The notes: generated from the sequence alone by a model not told the origin. Numbered from the stretch's first letter, positions 1-33,456 are shown. The stretch: 64,000 nucleotides of DNA from the human T2T-CHM13v2.0 reference genome, Homo sapiens (GCF_009914755.1 NC_060946.1); one strand, 5' to 3'. A program made the numbers and translations.

Positions 1-455
<455 letters not shown>

Positions 456-764
456 CTAATGTACTTTCCATCACTCCATGCCACGCTTCCTGCTTCAGCT
501 TCCTTGTGACTCTGATCTCTATTTTTACTTGTCGTGTGCATTTCACGCTGGTTTATTTGTCTTCCTGCCCATGGATGACAAGCTGCACCAGGGAAAGGAC
601 TTTATTAACTGTGTTCCCCTAGCACCTGGTAGGGCCCCTTGCACTAAAAGTGCTTCATGGTTATTTGTTGAATAAATGAATAATAGTAGGAGGTTGGCCA
701 CAGAATAGCCCTTGCCAAACAGCCCACGACTGGGCAGGGAAACTGGAAAGAAATCAACATTGAT

Positions 765-1194
<430 letters not shown>

Positions 1195-1506
1195 TCATCA
1201 TCCCTGTCTCCCAGATGACAAAACTGAGGCTCAGGGAGGTGCCCTGAAAGCCAGTGTGGGACAGTGCTGGGATCTGAACCCAGGGCTGGTGGATTGCATG
1301 GCCTAGCCTGCCTCCCTGTCAGCACAAGGCACGAAAGCAAGCAGAGCAGCACTGGAAACTCTCTTGATGCCCAATGATGCACCACAAGGATTTCCAAGCT
1401 CCCTGGGAGCAGGAGCAGTGACTACTTAACTGCTCAAGAGGAACAGGGTATGCCACAGTGTTAGACAGTCACTCTAAGCTCTGGGTGATTCTGGCTTATT
1501 TTTTAA

Positions 1507-1905
<399 letters not shown>

Positions 1906-2831
1906 TCACTTTTTTTTTTTTTTTTTTTTAGCCTGCATTCATTCGCGTGTATATGTGCATGTGTGCACATCGGTTTTGAGTGGGGGAGTGACATTGGCAT
2001 ATGCGTTACACAGATATCCCTGACCACTGAATGGGAGCATATTGGAGGGGGTGCATTGGAAACTTGGCAAGAGATGTTGAGGGTCCGAGAGGTGGCCGTG
2101 CTTGTGGAGAGGATATGAGGGGTTGCAGGGTGGGGAAATATTTATGAGGTAAAGGTGGCTGAGAACAGGATGATGCTCAGAGCTATGAATAGAGTCAGGG
2201 AATAATGGAAGAGGAGTAGGATTAGGGGAGAAGATGCTGAGTTCAGTTTGGAATGTGTTCAGTTGGAGAAACACCCAATCCAGCTGAGATGGCACCAAAG
2301 AGGACTTTGGACACAGAGGCATCTAAGCTGGGTCTTAAAGGATGAGTAGGAGTTGGGAAGGTGTGTGTGGCAGAGGGCATTCCAGGTAGAGGGCCCAAGA
2401 TTAAGAAAGGGATGGAAGTCATAGGCAGCCTGGGTGTTGGACTTCCAGGTACCACTACCCAGAAGATAAGAGATATGAGTCTGAAATACTGGGGAAGGGG
2501 GTGGGCCTGGCAGGAGGAAGAGATAGGCGAGTCGTTAACATGACTCATGTTATCATGAAATGCAAGAGCTCATCTGGGGAGCAGGTAGTGAAGAGAGCAG
2601 GAGCACTGTCCCTTAAATGGAAGCTCGGGGATGTTGGTCTTGAGACCTGGGCAGAATAAGACGAGCCCCCAACAGAGAAATCTGCTTCGTTTTTTGTTCC
2701 TCAACCATGCATGGAGGCATCTCCATGACAATACATATAGATTCAATAGCTGCATTGTATTCCATGGTATGGAATTTAATTAACTAATTTAATTCATTTT
2801 AATTAAATTAGTTAATTAAATTAATCCTTTA

Positions 2832-3741
<910 letters not shown>

Positions 3742-3959
3742 AATACATCCTATGCAAATATAATTGAGTACATGTGTAGGGATTTTCATAGATTAAATTC
3801 TTGGAAGTGAAATTTCTGTGTCAAAGTGAAAGGACATTTTACCATTTGGAGGAATTTTTGCTGCAAGTAACAGAATTCCTAGCTCAAAATGGGGGTTTGT
3901 TTTCTCACATAAAAAATGAGGTGGGGCAGTTCCAGAAGCAGGTAATGTTTTGGGTCAGA

Positions 3960-6316
<2,357 letters not shown>

Positions 6317-6357
6317 TACCTCCCTCTTTAACTGAGAATAAATGACCTTTTAACCAC

Positions 6358-8323
<1,966 letters not shown>

Positions 8324-8344
8324 CCCTCCCTATAAGAATTTTCT

Positions 8345-11232
<2,888 letters not shown>

Positions 11233-11501
11233 TCAAGCCTGTGTGGGAAAGGGCAGGTGCCCTCTATGCCCCCTTGTCCCTTGAGGGTACCACACAATCT
11301 AGGAGTCCAGGGGGCCATGGGGGTGGAGGACACTGGCCTGAGGGTGGTCATCGCCCTCAGGGACACGCCTCCCGACATGGGGAAGGGAATGAGAGTGGGA
11401 GTGAGAGCACCCAATCACAGGACCCACGAAGTGGTGGTGGCTGACGGCAGCCTGGCTCTTGCTGACTGACTGATGGACTGTGCTCTCTTCCCCAGAGACT
11501 G

Positions 11502-11554
11502 ATGGAGAGGCAGAAACGGAAGGCGGACATCGAGAAAGGGCTGCAGTTCATTCA
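11502..11554 (+). CDS. ZC3H7B: Exon 2, first coding exon (exon starts 11496): MERQKRKADIEKGLQFI(Q)
   Basis: ctcttccccag acceptor, ATG at 11502, CA|gtaagc donor. Confidence 0.96.
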
Positions 11555-11919
11555 GTAAGCCTGCATGCGGCAGGGGCTGGACGGCTGGGTGGGCAAGGGT
11601 GGGTTCTCTGAGAGCCATGCCCTCCCAGCGCTCCCTTTTCTTGCTGCTGAGCCTTTGCTGCCAAGGCTCCTGTGTGCGCTGGGGTGCGGGCAGGTGGGAG
11701 GAGCCAGGAAGGGGCTGGTGTGGCTGTGCGTGAACTCCACATGCACACATGCTCCCTGGCCCAGGTTACCCTTCAATCTTGTCCAGTAGGTAATTCTGCC
11801 CTCACCCTTCACATTTGCACTCCCTGTTAATTCTCTTGCATGACTGCACGAGTTTTCTGATAAATCAATGGTCCCTCTGTTACAATCTCAGTCTCCGTGC
11901 TGGGACCTTCACATCTGTG

Positions 11920-12531
<612 letters not shown>

Positions 12532-12570
12532 TAGGTAGCCTTATTTCCATTTTGCAGATGAGAAAGTTGA

Positions 12571-15452
<2,882 letters not shown>

Positions 15453-15991
15453 TTAGCCACAGGAGGGAGCAGGTGCCCAGACCCCACCTAGAATGATTTG
15501 TTGAGTCCAGCATGAGGGGCTGACAGGCTCAGTGAAGACCTGGCATTGGCTGGGGCGTGTGTTATGTGGGATTGGGCAGGGGAGGGGCCTGAGGTGGACT
15601 CCCGGTGCCTCAGTGTCTGTGGACCTGTGGTCTCGGATTTGGTTTGATGGGGCGTGGTCCTTCCCAAGGCCTGTTCTAGGTGTTAATTCCCTGACAACAC
15701 TCATACTTCCTGCCTTTTCCTGCCTGCTCCTGTCCCTGGCACTCCTGCTGCAGCAGCCCCTGCACCATCCTCTCCTCCTGGCCTTCAGCTGCAGCTGGAG
15801 CCTTCCCCCGCTCTGCCTTGGCCAGAGTCTGATTTTCCTCTTGTCCTTTTCCAGTCCTGGGGGCCTCCTAGGCCCAAGTGTGGCTCCTCCCTCCTTCCCC
15901 TCATGTAACTGAGAAAGGGCTTGGAATGCCTGCTTTCCTTTAGGAGAGGGCTGGTTTTTTCAGCAGAGGATGGCTGTTTTTTTCAGCAGCA

Positions 15992-16146
15992 GGGACTGGG
16001 GCTAGGTCCAGGGCCAGAGGTAGAGCTGGAACTGAGCTGGGCTAGGACTGGCTTGGGGCTGGGGCTGTCTGGGTTGGGGCTGGAGCTGGGGCTGTGGCTG
16101 GAAGTGGGGCTGGAACTGGGGCCAGGCTGGAGGTGGGGCTGGGGTC
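15992..16146 (+). repeat. Degenerate (GGGGCT/GGAGCT)n hexamer repeat
   Basis: Seen directly. Confidence 0.8.
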
Positions 16147-16389
16147 AGTCTGCTCTTTCTCAACACCTGTACCTGGCAAAACCTGGCTGTCTGGCCCCAA
16201 GGAACATGCAGGTCCTTCCATCAGAACTGGAAGGCCTGCATGGCAATGATTTAGGAGAAGAAAACCGCAGTCTGTTCACCCTAGTCCACAAGGTGATGGC
16301 TGAGGTCTGAGTTGGAGGAGTAGCTCTGGACCTCCATGAAGCTGGGACCGCCGGGCTCACCCAGGCCTCGTGTTTTCTTTTCCTGATAG

Positions 16390-16423
16390 GTCGACACTAC
16401 CCCTAAAGCAAGAAGAATATGAG
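16390..16423 (+). CDS. ZC3H7B: Exon 3 (34 nt): (Q)STLPLKQEEYE
   Basis: ttcctgatag acceptor, GAG|gtgagt donor, phase matches exon 2. Confidence 0.95.
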
Positions 16424-16546
16424 GTGAGTGTCAGCTGCCAGGCTGAGCAAAGGTGAAGGGCGGAGATGTGCAGGGGAGAGGCGTGGGCCGGGTGCCAGAG
16501 CTGGGGCCAGAGGTCATGAGCCCCCTACACACCTTGCCCCCAACAG

Positions 16547-16744
16547 GCCTTTCTGCTCAAGCTGGTGCAGAATCTGTTTGCTGAGGGCAATGATCTGTTC
16601 CGGGAGAAGGACTATAAGCAGGCTCTGGTGCAGTACATGGAAGGGCTGAACGTGGCCGACTACGCTGCCTCTGACCAGGTGGCCCTGCCCCGGGAGCTGC
16701 TGTGCAAGCTGCATGTCAATAGGGCCGCCTGCTACTTCACCATG
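16547..16744 (+). CDS. ZC3H7B: Exon 4: TPR region AFLLKLVQNLFAEGNDLF...NRAACYFTM
   Basis: caacag acceptor, ATG|gtgagc donor, TPR consensus. Confidence 0.97.
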
Positions 16745-17084
16745 GTGAGCCTGGCACCCTCTTTTCTCTCCTCCTCTGCTGCCCTGATCCCCTGGATGCC
16801 CAGTCGAGCCAGGCCCATACCCCAGTGAGCCTGTAGACCAGGGCCAGCCTCCTCCCAGCCTGCTTTCAGAATTTCATTGTCTGTTCTCGTGGCTCTTAAT
16901 CTCAACTGTACAACATGCTCAGCTGGAGAGCTTTTAAAAGTACGGATGCATAATAAAAAGTTTTTAAAAAAAATGATACTGATGCCCTAGCCCTAGCCCT
17001 GCCCTAGATGAAGTAAGTTAGAATCTTGGGGTGACCCTGGGCCTTGGTGGGAGTCTGACTTCTCCTGCTCCTCCCTCCCGGCCC

Positions 17085-17414
17085 CACTGTTTCTTCCATA
17101 GCCTCAGCCTCCTCACTGTTCCTTCCATAGCCTCAGCCTCCTCACTGTTCCTCCCATAGCCTCAGCCTCCTCACTGTTCCTCCCATAGCCTCAGCCTCCT
17201 CACTGTTTCTTCCGTAGCCTCCTCACTGTTCCTCCCATAGCCTCAGCCTCCTCACTGTTTCTTCCATAGCCTCCTCACTGTTTCTTCCATAGCCTCCTCA
17301 CTGTTCCTCCCATAGTCTCAGCCTCCTCACTGTTCCTCCCATAGCCTCAGCCTCCTCACTGTTCCTCCCATAGCCTCAGCCTCCTCACTGTTTCTCCCAT
17401 AGCCTCAGCCTCCT
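17085..17414 (+). repeat. Minisatellite: 12 units, nine of 29 bp (CACTGTTCCTCCCATAGCCTCAGCCTCCT) and three of 23 bp
   Basis: Units counted by eye. Confidence 0.95.
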
Positions 17415-18031
17415 GTTTCTTTGCGGACTTCAGTGCCTTCCTCCTCCTCCTCCTCTCCTCCTTAGAGCTGCAGCCTCCTCCTCTTCCCTGTCCTGTGCAC
17501 CCACTGACTCAGGTTCATGAGATCCTGTGGGAGGCTCTGCTGCAGGCTCTCTAGAGGACCCCATGACACCTCTGCCATCCAGCGAACTCTTCTGGATAAA
17601 TGGCTCCTGGATGCCTCAGGGTTAACCCTTGTACACTCTGCACACAGAGCTGCCTTCATGGTCTCACTGCCTCTTAGAGATGCCACTGTTACTCTCAGCT
17701 CATCATGTTCCCAACCAAAGGCAGAGATGGAAATAGACGTGCTTGAGTGGCCGGGCTCATGGTTGTAGATCTTCAGGCCCTTCCCTGCAATATCCTGCCC
17801 GTGCCCACTGCAGCCCCATCAGCTGGACACACAGACACCCTTGATCAGAGTCTGGACACCAGAGTGCTTCCTTCTCTCCTGGAGCCTCGAGCCCTGTCCC
17901 TGACCCAAGACTTCAGCTCCTCTGTCTCTGCCAGGAAGGGAAGCTGGTGTTCCTTCCTAGGCAGGGGCAGGAGGCCTGGGGGAGGGAGGGTAACAGGTGT
18001 TGACCAGTGACCACATGCTCCTCTCTGGCAG

Positions 18032-18190
18032 GGCCTGTATGAGAAGGCGCTGGAGGACAGCGAGAAGGCGCTGGGCCTGGACAGTGAGAGTATCCGGGCG
18101 TTGTTCCGCAAGGCACGCGCTCTCAATGAACTGGGACGCCACAAGGAGGCCTACGAGTGCAGCAGCCGGTGTTCCCTCGCCCTGCCCCAC
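18032..18190 (+). CDS. ZC3H7B: Exon 5: TPR region GLYEKALEDSEKALGLD...SLALPH
   Basis: ctggcag acceptor, CAC|gtgagt donor. Confidence 0.97.
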
Positions 18191-18466
18191 GTGAGTGTGG
18201 CTCTGCAGCCACGCCGGTGCCTGCTCAGAGGCCAGGCTTCTGACCTTCCGGCCCTCACTTGGGCCCAGCCACCACATCCTTCTGTGTCTCACTTCCTCCC
18301 CTGTGACATGGCCATGCAGATCCTGATGTTAACACTAGCTCCCATTCTCTGAGCGCTGACTGGGTGCCAGGCACTGCTAGGATGCATTGTGTGTATTAAC
18401 TCACCTAATACTGGCAATAACCCTAAGAGGCAGATACTGTGATTATTCTCATTTTAAAGATGATGA

Positions 18467-20385
<1,919 letters not shown>

Positions 20386-20848
20386 GAAGTAAGCATTCTT
20401 TATAGGTCTGCATGCATGCATTCCTAGAAAAGAGCCCTAAGGAAACACATCAGCCCAGCAGAGTGTGATTCCCTCCTGGAGAAGCCTAGGGTGAAGGGGG
20501 AGATCCAGGGAGCACTTGCTGTCCCTGTAACATTCTTCCCTTCTACAGTGACATTGTCACTTTTGCTGAATTTTAGAAATAAAAAGATTATATTAAAATA
20601 AAAACAAAATGATTCATTTTCCATCCCCAAATAAAAGGAAAAACAGAAGCATGGGATGGTGGTCCTGGTGCCACCACTCACTAGCTGTGTGACTTGGACA
20701 AGCCAGGGACACCTCCTGGGGCCTCACTTTCTCATCTATAACATGGGGTGACTATGACCTCCCTCCGTAGGGCTGCACAGGTGTCCAGGAGCACAGCTTT
20801 GTGAGCCCGGGCAGACTGACCCACCGCCCTGTGTCTTGTCCTCTGCAG

Positions 20849-20929
20849 GATGAAAGCGTGACTCAGCTTGGTCAAGAGCTGGCCCAGAAACTGGGGCTGC
20901 GAGTTCGCAAGGCGTATAAGAGGCCCCAG
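20849..20929 (+). CDS. ZC3H7B: Exon 6: DESVTQLGQELAQKLGLRVRKAYKRPQ
   Basis: ctctgcag acceptor, CAG|gtaggt donor, 81 nt. Confidence 0.95.
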
Positions 20930-21485
20930 GTAGGTGGGTTCGGGACCCTGGGAGGGTCGGTGTGGACGTGAGGAGGTCTGAAGGGAGGGACCAGGCTCCG
21001 TGGGGAAGGTGGGTGAGGGTGGCCAGGGCTGGGTTAGGACAGAGGGGAGTGACAGCAGGTGATCTTCCTTGTCTGTTGGCTGAAAGCCCTGGAACCTTTC
21101 GGAAAAGGAGAGAGCAGCCACCGCTTCTAGCTCACTTTAGACTCCAACTGTTGAAAACCACTCCCTCCCCTGTGCTGGCTGACTTTAGTCACCTGGAGGT
21201 GGCCTGAGTTGACACTGGCGTCCTTCAGCATTATGTTCTCAACACCCATATGGTGCAAATTTGAAGTGTTGGTATCTGTTTGGCTGGTTCAGTTCCACAT
21301 AGATTCATTTGGTACCTGCCGAGGGCCAGGAGGCTGCACAAGGGAAACTCGTGACTCGAGTCTCTGCTGTGACCTTGAGCAAGTTAGTTCATCTCTTTCC
21401 ACCTTGGTTTCCTCATCTGGACGATGGAGATAATTTATGCCCACCCCAGAGGGCTCATGGGAGGATTAAAAAGAGAGAATGGATG

Positions 21486-22954
<1,469 letters not shown>

Positions 22955-22997
22955 TCAGAATCTTTACCTCTGCCCACCTCTCTCCAATCTCTGGCAG

Positions 22998-23054
22998 GAA
23001 TTGGAAACCTTTTCTCTGCTCAGTAACGGCACTGCGGCTGGCGTGGCAGATCAG
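22998..23054 (+). CDS. ZC3H7B: Exon 7: ELETFSLLSNGTAAGVADQ
   Basis: ctctggcag acceptor, CAG|gtagga donor, 57 nt. Confidence 0.92.
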
Positions 23055-24171
23055 GTAGGATCGGGGCTGAACCAACCTGTCTCAGTTTATCCATTATGAG
23101 AGGTTTGGATTCACTCTCTCCGGGTATAAATGACCTCAGGCAGTGGGTCCAGGGGCCTCCGCCTCCCTAGGAGGTACCTCCCGTGTCCACGGGGGCAGGA
23201 TGTGGGGACAGGCCATGGCTGCTGTTGGCAGGGAGTGGTCATTGCCGGGGAGCCGCCGGGGGCAGCCTCACTCTTGAACCCTGGCCAGGACACAGTCTGG
23301 GCAGCCTGGTCCCACACGCCTTCCTTCTGCCTCCTGCCCCACATTTCCTGCTGTGTTGCCTTTTTTCTCACCAGCCTTTCTGCAGGTTCAGGCCCCTGGG
23401 CCTCAAATGTCTTCCTCTTCCCCACCCTGCCTTTCTCTGTCTCTTCGCTTTTCAAAGCCCAGCTCAAGGGCATGCCCCTGCCGAAACCCATCCTGCTCTC
23501 CCTGGCTCAGTGACTCTGCTTGGGAGGGGCAGCCGAGACTGAGGACTCTGACAAGGAAGAGCCCAACTGGGCCCTGCAGCCTTGGGCAGGTCCTTCAGTT
23601 TCTGCATTCTGAAATGCGGACCATCCCTCAACGGGAACAAGGGAGGAAAGTGCTTGATAACCTGGCACACACGACCCAGCAGGAAATGCAGTGGGCAGTC
23701 ACTGTGGATAGCTGCTGTGCTGTCCTGAGTTGGGGACTCCTCCCAAGGGCCAAGACACTTGTGCACCCCAGTCAGGCCTGGCTCATCCCAGGGGGGTGAG
23801 GCAGGGCCTGGCACACGACTGAGACCCCTGCCCGCTGCTCAGGTAGACTTTGAGGCTTTCTGGAAAGTGAGAGATGGGCTATAAGAGCACTGATGGAGCC
23901 TGGGGTCCTGCCACCTTGTACATTAAGGGAAACTGAGGCACAGAGTGGGGAGGGGACGGGGCCAGTGTCACACAGCGAGGCAGCAGCAGGCCTCCCTCCT
24001 CCAGAGCTTTGCAGCACTTTCTTTCATTCATTCCATAAAGAGGCCCACAAAACACTCTCGGCCCTGGGCCTGAGAGAGCTGCGTCCTTGCCCTCAGGGAC
24101 CTCCCAGCCTGCAAAGGAGGCAGTTGATGATCTGCCTTTGTAGCACTCATGGTTTATAATCAGAAATTATA

Positions 24172-25160
<989 letters not shown>

Positions 25161-27072
25161 TGACTGCGGCCAGGGGGCCACAGCAAATATGGGCTGAATG
25201 CCCAGCTCTCCAGGGCCAAGGCCGCAAAGCCTTGCTTAGTCTGCAGCCAGATGACCACAGATGGTGCCATACCTGGCACCAGGCCCCCCCCAGTCCCTGC
25301 CAGGCTGTTCACCCATCCCTGCAATCTTGCTGGGCTCCTCCTGCACATTCATAGAGGTCAGGAGGGGCATGGTTAGGGAGGGCTCTAAGAAGCCCACAGT
25401 GGAGAGGACCAGTTCAGACCCTGCCTCATGAACTCAGTTTGCCCAACATGGTACAGCACACATGTGAGCACACACATGTGCACATGCACAAACGGAGTGC
25501 CCTAGGACACATGAGGGCAGGGTGGTGTCCCAGCCAGAGCCCCTGGCCTTCCGTGAGTTGTGCACAGACACAAGTAAATGCAGGCTGCAGGGGTCCCTGT
25601 AGGTTCTCCACCATGAGCACCATATTCATTCAGCCGGCTGGTCATTTCACATGTGCACCTGGAAGTGGGGATGGACCAGGCTGTGCCCACAGGGAGCTTC
25701 TTATGACCTAGGAGCCAGGCAGAGGCCCTGCAAGACAGTGTCTGTGCAAGAGCTGTCCCTGGCATCGTGGGGAACAAGATGCAAGGAGGGCTGTGAGTTC
25801 CAGGAACAGAGAGCCCAAGGCAGCCTTGGTTGGAAAGGGCTTCAGCGAGCCAGGGAAGCAAGACTAAGAGGAAGGGAGAGCTGGAGAGGGGGAAATGGCA
25901 CTCATGACCAGGAGCACAGCCTGCACAAAGGCTAAGCAGCAAAAGAGACAGACACCCCAGATCACAAGACCAGTTCCTCCTATGGGGCTCGGAATAGCCT
26001 GGGCTCTGCAGTGGAACGTGCTTTGGATCAGATCCTGAGCACGCTCCTTATCTACGCAGGCCACTCCACCCCTCAGAGCCTTGGCTTCCTTCTCTTTTGC
26101 AGGGGTCCGGTACCTGCCATTTTGTGGGGGTTATAGAATTACAATGGGTCAATGTGAAAGCTCCCAGCAGGGCGTCTGCAGAAGAGATAGAGCTCCATAG
26201 ACCTTTGTTGCCAAACAGATGTCACCAGAAGGAGTGCCATGCAGAAGGGCAGGAACAGTGAGCCTGGCAGGCTGGGGTGATGGCATGGGCAGGAGGGCTG
26301 AGAAGGTGACTTTGTCCTGCGTGGCCTGGGAGCCATGGGCAGGATCTAGCAGGGAGAATCACCGCTTTCCCTAGAGATGTTCATCTGGTACCTCTCTTTC
26401 CCTCAAAGACTTTATGTACTTACCATGAGGATAGCAGCTCTGTGATCCAGCGTGGCGGCCTTGGTTTGGCAGCCAATCTATGGTGGGCAGACACTCCGGA
26501 GACTGAAGTGCACACATTTGCCATGTGCTCTATGGCAGGCTCAGGTGTGGGAAGGAGGTGCAGGGTGTTGGTGCAGGTATGGATGGGGGAGTGTACAGTT
26601 CCAGGGGACAGAGTCAGGACAGGCTCTTGGGTCAGACAGCCCTGCTCTGATCTGTGCATAGCAGCTTTCTGGGCTGACATTTCCATGCCGTGGGATGATA
26701 CCTCGCAGGGCGCCTGGACCGAGGGCTAAACCCCACAGTGGGTGTGAGATGCTGGCCTGGGCTGGCGTGAGGCAGGATGCTGGATGAGTCTAGCTGCTGG
26801 TCCTGTGGCTGCTGGTCCTGGGAAAGGAAGGCTAGTGGTGGAGTCTGGTCCTCCATCCGGCTCTCCGTGGGGACACAGAAAGGGTGGGGCCACCCAGGGC
26901 CTCACCAGGGAAGCAGGACTTGAGCTGGACTGTGAAGGACTCAGAGAAAAAGGGGAGGGTGTTCAGGACAGGGAAGGATGCACCACAGCCTGGAGGTTGG
27001 AGTGTGGGAACTGTTGAACGAAACAGCAGCTCTCCCAGCCCAACTTCCAGAAACTGTGCATCTAATCAACAC

Positions 27073-29311
<2,239 letters not shown>

Positions 29312-29828
29312 TGAGGCATGGGAGAAAACAGTGGGTTGAGAGCTACAGACCCACTCAAGGAGGGGAGGGCATCTCTAGTCTGGCAGAGAGGGGTGCTGCC
29401 TCTTAGCTAGGTGCAACAGTCCCATGGCCTTCACTCCTGGCTGCCTGCACACCCCCACCTCTTCCAAAGCCCTTTCCCCTCCTCTTCCTCATTGGCTTCC
29501 AGAAAAGGTTGCCTTTTAAGAGTGTCCCCTGGAGAGGGCATTGCTTACCCCAGAAGAAGGAGGCAGCAGTGGTGGACATTTAGGCATTGAGCCTGGGCCA
29601 AGGATTGACATCATAGGACTGAGGGCCCCTCCCTGCTCTGGGGCTGTGGCCTTCCTTGACCACCCCCTGAGCATCTGCCAGTGGGATCAGCCGATGGGGA
29701 AGGCAGGGCTCCTGGCAAGAGCTGAAAGAAGAAGGGAAAGTGTTGGATGAGCATCACGGGGCCCGGGACGCCTCCTCCACCCTCACCAAGCAGTGCTCCC
29801 CTTCGGCTCTTGCCCACCCCATCCGCAG

Positions 29829-30019
29829 ACTGCTACGTGGACCCTCGAGGCTCCCCAGCCCTTCTCCCCTCCACGCCCACGATGCCCCTGTTCCCTCACG
29901 TTCTGGACCTGCTGGCCCCCCTGGACAGCAGCAGGACCCTCCCCAGCACCGACAGCCTGGATGACTTCTCAGACGGGGATGTCTTTGGCCCAGAGCTGGA
30001 CACCCTCCTGGACTCGCTG
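29829..30019 (+). CDS. ZC3H7B: Exon 9: contains the LD motif ELDTLLDSL
   Basis: atccgcag acceptor, CTG|gtgagc donor; matches LDxLLxxL paxillin-type motif. Confidence 0.96.
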
Positions 30020-30347
30020 GTGAGCCACACCACCCTCCTTGTGCTCCCCTGATCCCCTCTCCCCGCTGTGTCCCCATTGTCCCAGGGGTGGAGGGAAGGC
30101 CCCAATGCTCATGTCATGTGTCTCAGGAGGAGGCCTCAGTAGGGACTTGTTTGGTACAGAAATGAAGCTGCACACTGGGCACGGTGGCTCACGCCTGTAA
30201 TCCCAATACTTTGGGAGGCCAAGGCAGCGGATTACTTGAGGTCAGGAATTCGAGACCAGCCTGGCCAACGTGGTGAAACCCCCTCTCTACTAAAAATACA
30301 AAAATTAGCCGGGCATGGTGGCACATGCCTGTGGTCTCAGCTCCTCA

Positions 30348-30965
<618 letters not shown>

Positions 30966-31915
30966 GTAAGGCCATGGGTGGGCCCGTTCAACCTCCCTGG
31001 ACAGGTTGCACAGTGCTGTGGCCTCTTTGGTGCCTGGAGAGTGGAGTTGAGTTACAGATCTGTTTGTCCCCATCACTCCTTAGCAATCCCGGGCCATGTC
31101 TGTGTGTTGCCGTCTCTGCAGTGCTCAGCACAGTGTGGGGCTGGGCCTGAGGGGTGGGTGTCTTGTTCAAGATCAAGCAGAGGAGAGCTGCGACAGTCCA
31201 GGCCTCTAGACTCCCAGTCTGGTGCTCCCTGCCCAGCCTCCCGGGACCCTGGGTCACCAGGCTGGTGAGATCCCATGGGATGATCCTGAGGCTGGGGGCG
31301 GAGCACAAGGTCATGGCCTCCCACTGCACCACTCTGGGCTGGGTGCCAGGGACCCAGGGAGGAAGCCGTCTTGTCTGGGCGCTGGTGGGGCTAGCTTTCG
31401 GCAGTCGGACACAGCCCAGGGCACTCGACTGAGAGGGCTTAACGGGACTGTCGGGGCACGGAGGGGACTTCACTCAGCCTCAGGGCCAAAGGAGGCTTCC
31501 TGGAGGAAGTGATGACTAGGCAGGGTCTTGAAGGAAAAGTTCACCTGCCAGGCAGAGGAAGCAGGGGCACTAGCCTGGCATGGCATGGCGCGGGGCTGGC
31601 TGATGAGCGGAGCAGCTGGGGTGGGGGCCTTGGTCTCCGAGGACCTGGGAGCAAGCTAAGGAACTTGGGCTTTCTCCTACGGGCAGCGGGAAGCCCTGGC
31701 AAGTTTAAGCAAAGAGTGGACACACTCAGGCTGGGAGGCGTCTTTGCCCCTGGGGAGTGGAGAGGAGAGGATAGAGTCAGGGGTTCAGCAGGAGTAGGAG
31801 AGGATGTGTGGCCTGGGGGCTTCTCCGAGTCAGCAATACATAAGGGGAAGCCCTAGGAAGGCCCCTCACGCCTCAGAGCCAGAGCCACTGACCCCTGTGT
31901 CTTCTCCCTGCCCAG

Positions 31916-31974
31916 AGGAGACCAACTCACAGGACCACCGTCCCCCTAGCGGTGCTCAGAAACCAGCCCCCTCG
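31916..31974 (+). CDS. ZC3H7B: Exon 11: (E)ETNSQDHRPPSGAQKPAPS
   Basis: ctgcccag acceptor, TCG|gtgagt donor. Confidence 0.94.
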
Positions 31975-32216
31975 GTGAGTGACTTGAGTGGGGATCCAGG
32001 CCTCTCATTCCCTGCTGGGGGTTGTGGGTTCTAGAGTTGGGGAATGAGCCCTCTGCATGGGGTAAGGCACTGCATTCCCCACGGCGGGGCACTCCCAGAG
32101 TGGATGGATCAAAGATGATCACCTCGTGCCCTTCCTCACCAAGCCATATGCTGGGCGGGCACACAGAGGGCACCACTGCCCTTGTCTGATGGAAGAATTC
32201 AAGTCTCAGAGAGTGA

Positions 32217-32366
<150 letters not shown>

Positions 32367-32383
32367 TGAGACCATCCTGGCTA

Positions 32384-32677
<294 letters not shown>

Positions 32678-32783
32678 TCAGGAGTTCGAGACCAGCCTGG
32701 CCAACATGGTGATACCCCGTCTCTATTAAAAATACAAAAATTAGCTGGGTGTAGTGGCGGACACCTGTAATCCCAGGTACTCA

Positions 32784-32888
<105 letters not shown>

Positions 32889-33356
32889 TCAAAAAAAAAA
32901 AAAAAAGAGCTTGCTACACTCTGACCTACACTAGCTGTGTGGTCCTGGGGAATTTCCCTAACCTCTCTGAGTCTTGCCTTCCTCCCCATCTGCTGATGAC
33001 TTGGGGGATTGGGGGAGGGCATGAGCACAGGCTGCAATCACGGCCCCTCCCATTTCTATGCTTTCACATTCAACTTGCCTTCAAAGAAAGGCTCAGAGCC
33101 AAGACCCAGGTCACCCACTAGCCTGGGACCATATGCTGGGACCAAGGTGGTCCTGATATTTTAGACTCTTGGACCACATTACAAAGAACTCCCCTGGCTG
33201 GGAGGGTGGAGGAAGAGGAAGGGTCCTGGGCTGTGGTTTTGCTCTTGGGTAGGATAGGGGGGTCATAGAGCACTCCCCACTTCTGGTGCCCTGGCTGGCC
33301 CCAGTGGCCTCAGCCATCATCCAGTGCCCACAATGGCCTCCTTCCTCCTGTCACAG

Positions 33357-33456
33357 CCAGAGCCCTGCATGCCCAACACTGCCTTGCTCATCAAGAACCC
33401 CTTGGCTGCCACCCACGAGTTCAAGCAGGCCTGCCAGCTCTGCTACCCCAAGACAG
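33357..33456 (+). CDS. ZC3H7B: Exon 12: PEPCMPNT...KQACQLCYPKT
   Basis: gtcacag acceptor, CAG|gtaaac donor. Confidence 0.95.

Noticed and set aside
17085-17414. Regular repeat array resembling CRISPR
   Set aside because: Units are contiguous with no unique spacers; human minisatellite.
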